This document shows positions 58,445 through 64,000 of a stretch of DNA of 64,000 nucleotides, one piece after another (within the stretch, counting starts at the first letter, position 1; every line of letters starts with the position of its first letter). The position numbers were made by a program, and so were the translations under genes. Below the pieces are notes generated by a model that saw only the letters and a program-made list of their open reading frames with translations, was not told where the DNA came from and did not search any database. This stretch comes from Gammaproteobacteria bacterium. GTDB taxonomy: Bacteria; Pseudomonadota; Gammaproteobacteria; UBA4575. The stretch is taken from contig CBDCTA010000029.1 of the NCBI GenBank assembly GCA_965221955.1, positions 256,001-320,000 of the forward strand. Direction: 5' to 3'.

Positions 58445-59344
58445 ATGAGTTACACACTGCGTCAAATTCAGATCTTTCGTCATGTAGGTAAACAGCTAAG
58501 TTTTACTAAAGCAGCTGAAGAGCTTTTTTTATCTCAACCTGCTGTATCAGGACAAATTAAACAATTAGAAAAGGAAGTAGGCCTTCCTTTGTATGAGCAA
58601 CTGGGGAGGAAGATATTTTTAACTGAAGCTGGGAAGCAAATGTATGAGTTTTCTACTGAAATACAATCTTTATTGAAAGAATTTGATAAAAAAATAAATG
58701 ATCTAAAAGGAGTTGAAGGAGGGTTGTTAAAAATTTCGATTGCTTCTACTGTAAATTATTTTGCAGCACAACTTTTATCAGAGTTTTGTAAATATCATAC
58801 AGAAGTTCACATACATCTAGATGTTACAAATCGTGCTACTTTGCTTTCACAGCTAGAAAACAATGAAACAGATTTAGTATTAATGGGTTCAGTGCCAGAT
58901 GATTTAGATGTGGTAGTGGAACCGTTTATGGATAATCCTTTAGTAATTATTGCGCCGCCTAATCACCCGTTTGTGGGTGAGGAAGAAATTCCTTTACGGA
59001 ACTTAAAGAATGACAAGTTGCTTATGAGGGAGGTTGGTTCAGGTACAAGATTGGCAATGGAGCAATTTTTTCTTGAAAAGAAAAATTTTAAGTTAATTAG
59101 TACAATTGAAATGAATAGCAATGAAGCGATTAAAAAAAGTGTTGAGGCTGGTTTAGGTTTAGGAATTGTTTCGGAGCATACGATCAAACTAGAAAAAGAA
59201 GCAGGGAAGCTTAAGGTGCTGAATGTAAGGCGCTTCCCAATCATGAGAAAGTGGAATATCGTTCATCGAAAAGGTAAGCGCCTTTCGGTTTCAGCTGAAT
59301 TATTTAAAAATTATATTTTAGATAAGAGTGCTAAGTATGTTTGA
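58445..59344 (+). CDS. LysR-family regulator (CbbR/CmpR-like)
   Basis: YTLRQ..SFTKAAEELFLSQPAVS, REVGSGTR, SNEAIK. Confidence 0.92.
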   Translation: MSYTLRQIQIFRHVGKQLSFTKAAEELFLSQPAVSGQIKQLEKEVGLPLYEQLGRKIFLTEAGKQMYEFSTEIQSLLKEFDKKINDLKGVEGGLLKISIASTVNYFAAQLLSEFCKYHTEVHIHLDVTNRATLLSQLENNETDLVLMGSVPDDLDVVVEPFMDNPLVIIAPPNHPFVGEEEIPLRNLKNDKLLMREVGSGTRLAMEQFFLEKKNFKLISTIEMNSNEAIKKSVEAGLGLGIVSEHTIKLEKEAGKLKVLNVRRFPIMRKWNIVHRKGKRLSVSAELFKNYILDKSAKYV

Positions 59345-59347
59345 GGA

Positions 59348-59542
59348 TTATTTTTTCCAATTATCAAAATTACTATCATTTTTTTCTTGACCATCTTCAT
59401 AACCTGCTGTGTAGGCATCCGTAACGCGCTGTTCTTCGCGCTCTGGGTGACCTAAGTAGCCGCCTTGCCAGCCTAATACGTATTCGGGGTCTACGTTTGC
59501 AGATTCCATTTTTGTGATTGCGTCTCTATATGTTTGGTCCAT
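59348..59542 (-). CDS. Small protein resembling the Alvin_2107 family (sulfur-globule oxidation)
   Basis: YVLGWQGGYLGHPEREEQRVTDAYTAGYEDG; AGGAG SD; family name from recall. Confidence 0.6.
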   Translation of the reverse strand: MDQTYRDAITKMESANVDPEYVLGWQGGYLGHPEREEQRVTDAYTAGYEDGQEKNDSNFDNWKK

Positions 59543-59568
59543 TGTTGTCTCCTTATATAAATCTTGAA

Positions 59569-60705
59569 TTAATGTAATGTATTTTTTTGAAAGTGTTTAT
59601 AGGCTTTTCCCGAGTCGATGACTGCGCTCACTTTTTCAGAAGAAGCTTGTAAATCTTTTTCTATACCCATGTGTGTAAGCATGATGGCAGATGAATAAAT
59701 TAAACTATCTCGTGCTGGTCCTTGTTTGCCCTGCAAAGCTGCAATTCCAACTTTTGCTGCTTCTGTTGCAAGTTGGTCGGTATCAATCTTTGCGGCCGTC
59801 TCATCCCCAATAGATTTTGCTGCACCCAGTTCTGGTAATGGTACTGCGCGAACATCTTGCTGAATATCGACTTGATCTGGGTGAATCTCAACTTCAGTGA
59901 GTTCACCTTTTTCTAAATACTGAAAATATTTTGATTCTTGTTTTAAAGAAGGAATAACACCTCCTTCAACGCCACGCACTAACACTGCAGAATTAAAACC
60001 CGATAACTTTGCGAGGTGTTCATAAACAGGTGGGTAAGGTTTATGCACATAACCTGTCATCAAAGTTGTACTTTTTTTGCCTCGCACCGGACCTATTAAA
60101 ACTTCCACGGTAGTAATTACTGGGCGTTTTACAATTTGTGTGCGTAAAGGAATTAAATTATGCAACTCTGGACAAATTGTTTTTTGATCGAGGTAAGCCC
60201 AGGCAACTTCAGCATTATTGATTTGTGCGAGTGCTTGTTGCATATCAAAATCAACGTTAATACCTGCTGCACGTAACACTTTTCGGTGTGTAGCCCCGTA
60301 CTTAGGTCCAACCGCTTCTGCGCCATGCGATACAGATGGCAAGCCACATGCTGCGAGTACTGCAGGTATAAAGGGTGAAACAGGTAAACCACGTGTGTAA
60401 CCATCATAGGGGTCGGCCACGTCAATCACATGATCAACATCTGCTGTAACGATATTAGAAGCATCAATGATCGCTTGTAAGCAGCCACCGTTTTCGTCCA
60501 ACGTTTCACGCTTCATGCGTAAAGCTATTAAAAAGATACCTGCTTGCACAGGATCAGCTGAGCCATCCAATATATGGCGCATGGCATCTCGTGCTTCTTC
60601 AAATGAGATGTCTTTACTATATTCCGGTCCAGTTGCTACACGTTGAATATAAGAACGCATGGCAAGCTTGGCATCAGGATTGATTTCTTGTGTTGCGGCT
60701 GACAT
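59569..60705 (-). CDS. TrpD/YbiB-like (glycosyltransferase family 3 fold) protein
   Basis: AGIFLIALRMKRET, DPYDGY, HGAEAVGPK, GYVHKPY, RGVEG; lacks the TrpD GTGGD motif. Confidence 0.75.
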   Translation of the reverse strand: MSAATQEINPDAKLAMRSYIQRVATGPEYSKDISFEEARDAMRHILDGSADPVQAGIFLIALRMKRETLDENGGCLQAIIDASNIVTADVDHVIDVADPYDGYTRGLPVSPFIPAVLAACGLPSVSHGAEAVGPKYGATHRKVLRAAGINVDFDMQQALAQINNAEVAWAYLDQKTICPELHNLIPLRTQIVKRPVITTVEVLIGPVRGKKSTTLMTGYVHKPYPPVYEHLAKLSGFNSAVLVRGVEGGVIPSLKQESKYFQYLEKGELTEVEIHPDQVDIQQDVRAVPLPELGAAKSIGDETAAKIDTDQLATEAAKVGIAALQGKQGPARDSLIYSSAIMLTHMGIEKDLQASSEKVSAVIDSGKAYKHFQKNTLH

Positions 60706-60916
60706 GAATTGAATAATGCCACTTTAGAAATGGCCTGGCAGGATACAAAAGGTGGTATTTCACTCTATATATCCCTATCGAGAGGATAATTTTCAAGGTA
60801 TTCCTGATAAATCCTTACTTGCACTGGATATATTTAGGGTTATTCCTACTCATTTAATGTTTCGCGTATCATCTTTACCATTAAATAACCCTCAATAATT
60901 GAAGTTTGGAGACCCT

Positions 60917-61360
60917 ATGTCTGCACAAGATGAAATGGATTTTAATAGCGGCATGATGGCGTTTGAGGCCAAACATTTTTCTCGTGCCATGCAGATTCTT
61001 TCTCCTCTTGCGGAAAAAGGAAATACAGAAGCGATGCACCGCTGTGCCATCATGTATCAAAATGGACTGGGAGTTGCCGTGAATAAAGAAGCTGCATTTA
61101 TGTGGATGGAAAAAGCAGCTGAACTTGGGCATGAGCTTGCACAACATGGTTTAGGGTTTATGTATATGGAAGGAGATTGTACGGATCAAAATGGCGAGCT
61201 CGCAGTGAAATGGTTTACCGCTGCTGCAGAACAAGGTTTGCAAGGTTCGCAAACGACACTAGGCATGATGTATGAGCAAGGTACTGCAGGAATTGAGAAA
61301 GACCCTGAAAAAGCTAAACAGTGGTATGCCAAAGCTGGCTTTTCACCAGAAGAAATCTAA
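60917..61360 (+). CDS. Sel1-repeat protein
   Basis: Repeats AEKGNTEAM, AQHGLGFMY, SQTTLGMMY; GGAG SD before MSAQDE. Confidence 0.9.
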   Translation: MSAQDEMDFNSGMMAFEAKHFSRAMQILSPLAEKGNTEAMHRCAIMYQNGLGVAVNKEAAFMWMEKAAELGHELAQHGLGFMYMEGDCTDQNGELAVKWFTAAAEQGLQGSQTTLGMMYEQGTAGIEKDPEKAKQWYAKAGFSPEEI

Positions 61361-61484
61361 GGAAACTCTGATTTATCCTGATATGTCGTTAAAATGAGTT
61401 TTCAAAATGCTCATGTATTTATAAATGCAATCCGCTTTTTCAAATTCATTTTGCCTAATCTCAAATTAATTCAGAGCTCCCTTA
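61358..61484 (-). mobile_element. ERIC-like MITE, copy B
   Basis: TIR TAAGGAAACTCTGA/TCAGAGCTCCCTTA; core CGTTAAAA...ATGCTCAT...TCCGCT...TTTTGCCT. Confidence 0.7.
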
Positions 61485-61515
61485 AACAAACGGAAAGAAT
61501 AAATTATAAATAATT

Positions 61516-62565
61516 ATGCGCCCTGCACATCTATTAACAGTTTTAGAAAAAGAATTTCATGGCGCTGCTTCTGGGCACCATACACCTGTTATGTTATGGG
61601 GTCCTCCAGGTGTTGGAAAGTCGCAGATGGTTTCACAGGTTGCGGAGAAGAATAATGTTGAAGTGATTGATATTCGTCTGTCGCAAATGGAGCCGAGTGA
61701 TTTACGCGGGATTCCTTTTCGCGAAAACGGTTCAGTAGAGTGGGCTGTGCCTGCCATGCTTCCTAATGAAGAACGTCATGGTAAAAGTGGAATACTTTTT
61801 TTAGATGAAATTACTTCCGCTGCACCGAGTGTGTCTGCTGCGGCATATCAGCTTATTCTTGATCGTCGACTTGGACAATATACTGTACCAAATGGATGGG
61901 CCATTTTTGCTGCAGGTAATCGTCAAGGGGATCGCGGTGTTACTTATACGATGCCAGCACCACTTGCGAATCGTTTTTCTCACTTTGAAGTGGATTTAAA
62001 TTTAGATGACTGGGTGGCTTGGGCATACGCAAATGATATTGATGAAAGAATTATTGCGTTTTTACGTTTTCGCCCAGATTTATTATTTGATTTTGATCCC
62101 GCACATAATCCTGTAGCATTTCCTTCACCGCGTTCCTGGGAGTTTGCGCATCGTGCGTTACAAAAATTTTCTGAACGACCAGATTTATTGGTTGGTGCAT
62201 TACAAGCCTGTGTGGGACCAGCGGCTGGTGTTGAGTTAAATGCATTTATTGCAAATCTTGATCAAATGCCAGATCTTGAAGCCATTGTGCGTGGCGAAGA
62301 TATTGCCGCACCGCAAGAAATCGATTTGCAGTATGCAGTTGCTTCTGCATTAGTAGGTCATGCAATTCGTGCCAAAAAAGAAAGTAAGTCTGGAGAAGTC
62401 CAAGGCAATATTTTGAATTACGCAAATAAATTCCCGCAACGTGAAATGGGTGTGATGATGGTATCCGATATGCATCGTGCGATTGGCGAAGACTTATTTG
62501 CTTTGCCAGAGTTTGCTATATGGGCGGATAAGATTGCCGATATTATGATTTTTCAGAGCGGGTAA
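61516..62565 (+). CDS. MoxR-like AAA+ ATPase
   Basis: GPPGVGKS, LFLDEI, AAGNR, LANRF, PSPRSWE. Confidence 0.92.
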   Translation: MRPAHLLTVLEKEFHGAASGHHTPVMLWGPPGVGKSQMVSQVAEKNNVEVIDIRLSQMEPSDLRGIPFRENGSVEWAVPAMLPNEERHGKSGILFLDEITSAAPSVSAAAYQLILDRRLGQYTVPNGWAIFAAGNRQGDRGVTYTMPAPLANRFSHFEVDLNLDDWVAWAYANDIDERIIAFLRFRPDLLFDFDPAHNPVAFPSPRSWEFAHRALQKFSERPDLLVGALQACVGPAAGVELNAFIANLDQMPDLEAIVRGEDIAAPQEIDLQYAVASALVGHAIRAKKESKSGEVQGNILNYANKFPQREMGVMMVSDMHRAIGEDLFALPEFAIWADKIADIMIFQSG

Positions 62566-62679
62566 CCCTAATTTATCCCGACATTTCGTTAAAAAAATGT
62601 TCAAAGATGCTCATTTACTAGTATGTAAACTCCGCTCTTTAAACATTTTTTGCCTCATTTCGTAATAAATTAGAGCCAC
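62562..62679 (-). mobile_element. ERIC-like MITE, copy C
   Basis: TIR GTAACCCTAATTTAT/ATAAATTAGAGCCAC; core ATGCTCATTTAC...GTAAACTCCGCT. Confidence 0.7.
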
Positions 62680-62729
62680 TTTAAGCTCTCGCAGAATTTA
62701 TAAATGAATCTAAGTTTTTCACTTTCAAA

Positions 62730-63983
62730 TTGAATATAGTTGCAGTGACTGATTCTGAAATTCAAAACAAACTTGCCGCTGCTAGGACACGGTTAATTTT
62801 AGACAAACCTTTTTTAGGGGCACTTGTGTTGCGCCTTCCTCTCGTTGCTGCAGATCCGCAATGGTGTAAAGCTGCAGCAACCGATGCCAAAAAACTTTAT
62901 TACAATCAGGACTACATCAACGCACTAGATATTCAACAAACTCAGTTTGTTTTAGCTAAACAAGCATTACATTGTGCGCTTTCGCATTTCGCGCGTCGAC
63001 AGCATCGTATCAAACATCGTTGGGATTTAGCCTGTGATTATGCAGTGAACCCTTTGCTCATTGAAGATGGATTAAAAGCACCACCTGAAACATTGGTAGA
63101 TGATGGTTACCAAGGGATGACTGCTGAAGAAATTTATCACTATATTGGTGACCTTGATAATGAGGATTCTGAATTAGATAAACAAGAAGAAGAAAATAAT
63201 AAAGATGATGGAGACTCACAAGATTCTTCGATCAATTCAAATCAGCAAATAGAGCCTTCTTCTATCTCGAACTCTTCAGATGAAAGTCAAAATTCAGAAG
63301 AAGAAAATGAACAAGAATTGGCACAGCAGCCAGCTGAACTTACTCCACAAGAACAAGAAGAGTTATCGATTCAATGGCAGCAACGTCTAGCGGGTGCCGC
63401 GCAACAAGCCATGCAAGCTGGGAAGATGGGTGGCGCTATGCAACGCATGGTGAACTTTATGTTACAACCTAGGTTGCCATGGCGAATGTTATTGGCTCGT
63501 TACATGACTGCGAGTGCACGAGATGATTACAGTTACTCTAGACCTTCTTCGCGTCGGGGAGATCCTGCAATTTTTCCAAGTTTGCGCAGTGCTCAAATTA
63601 ATATTGCGGTTGGAATTGATACAAGTGGTTCTGTGGATGATAAAGAAATGAGTGAATTTCTTTCAGAAGTCAATGCAATAAAAGGCAACATGCGAGCTAG
63701 GATCACATTATTGCCTTGTGATGCTGAGTTAGCTGAAGGTGCACCTTGGATATTTGAACCTTGGGAAGAAATTAATTTGCCCGATTCACTAAAAGGTGGA
63801 GGTGGTACCAATTTTTGCCCCGTGTTTGAATGGTTAGATTTACAAGATCAAAATCCAGATTTGTTGGTTTATTTCACCGACTGCAAAGGAAGATTTCCTG
63901 AAGTCATTCCTAGTTACCCTGTGATTTGGTTGGTTAAAGGTAAAGATGAGATTCCTTGGGGCCAAAGAGTACAGCTAAACTAG
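62730..63983 (+). CDS. DUF2201-type protein: peptidase-like N-domain, acidic linker and VWA domain
   Basis: AATDAK, LAKQALHC, ACDYAVN, IDTSGS MIDAS, GGGGTNF, YFTD. Confidence 0.88.
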   Translation: MNIVAVTDSEIQNKLAAARTRLILDKPFLGALVLRLPLVAADPQWCKAAATDAKKLYYNQDYINALDIQQTQFVLAKQALHCALSHFARRQHRIKHRWDLACDYAVNPLLIEDGLKAPPETLVDDGYQGMTAEEIYHYIGDLDNEDSELDKQEEENNKDDGDSQDSSINSNQQIEPSSISNSSDESQNSEEENEQELAQQPAELTPQEQEELSIQWQQRLAGAAQQAMQAGKMGGAMQRMVNFMLQPRLPWRMLLARYMTASARDDYSYSRPSSRRGDPAIFPSLRSAQINIAVGIDTSGSVDDKEMSEFLSEVNAIKGNMRARITLLPCDAELAEGAPWIFEPWEEINLPDSLKGGGGTNFCPVFEWLDLQDQNPDLLVYFTDCKGRFPEVIPSYPVIWLVKGKDEIPWGQRVQLN

Positions 63984-64000
63984 TATGCAATTATCTAGTG

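Noticed and set aside
59569-60705. trpD call
   Set aside because: The PRPP-binding GTGGD motif is absent and there is no trp operon context
888-63811. Numerous 60-120 aa ORFs antisense to or nested in longer genes in the ORF track
   Set aside because: Shadow ORFs of well-supported genes, without SD or motifs
1-64000. CRISPR array to accompany Cas6
   Set aside because: No regularly spaced direct repeats with unique spacers were seen; the 9-bp tandem repeat has no spacers and the GGA modules are irregular

Overview
An AT-rich chromosomal segment from a sulfur-oxidising gammaproteobacterium. The core is a reverse-Dsr operon on the minus strand (dsrABEFHCMKLJOPNR, 36584-49438; no dsrS follows dsrR). 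A divergent plus-strand operon shares the dsrA promoter region: a TauD-like dioxygenase, a 65-aa protein, an orphan Cas6 (Cmx6-like) with no CRISPR array or other cas genes in the window, a cysteine-free DsrC/TusE paralog and a 67-aa protein. Further accessory genes follow, including two more Fe(II)/2OG dioxygenases, an Sfum_1244-like protein, a TusA lacking its catalytic Cys, a CbbR-like LysR, an Alvin_2107-like protein, a TrpD/YbiB-like protein, a Sel1 protein and a MoxR/VWA pair. Several of these have visibly lost catalytic residues. The left part holds thiol/sulfur-handling genes (GST, rhodaneses, RclA-like reductase, RclR-like AraC, YHS, DUF3179, DUF547), a GCS2-ligase/M14-deacylase fusion, nrdAB with NrdR and DnaA boxes, an ATM1-type exporter, an orphan RnfD-like protein and a Fur-boxed MauG-like dihaem protein. 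Non-coding structure read from the sequence includes: dispersed covarying GGA-loop hairpin modules resembling CsrA/RsmA sites, three ERIC-like MITEs, a gene bracketed by 28-nt hairpin direct repeats, two unannotated small membrane ORFs, and two frameshifted genes, one carrying a (DNQ)10 repeat. Family calls come from motif recognition by eye; no searches were run.
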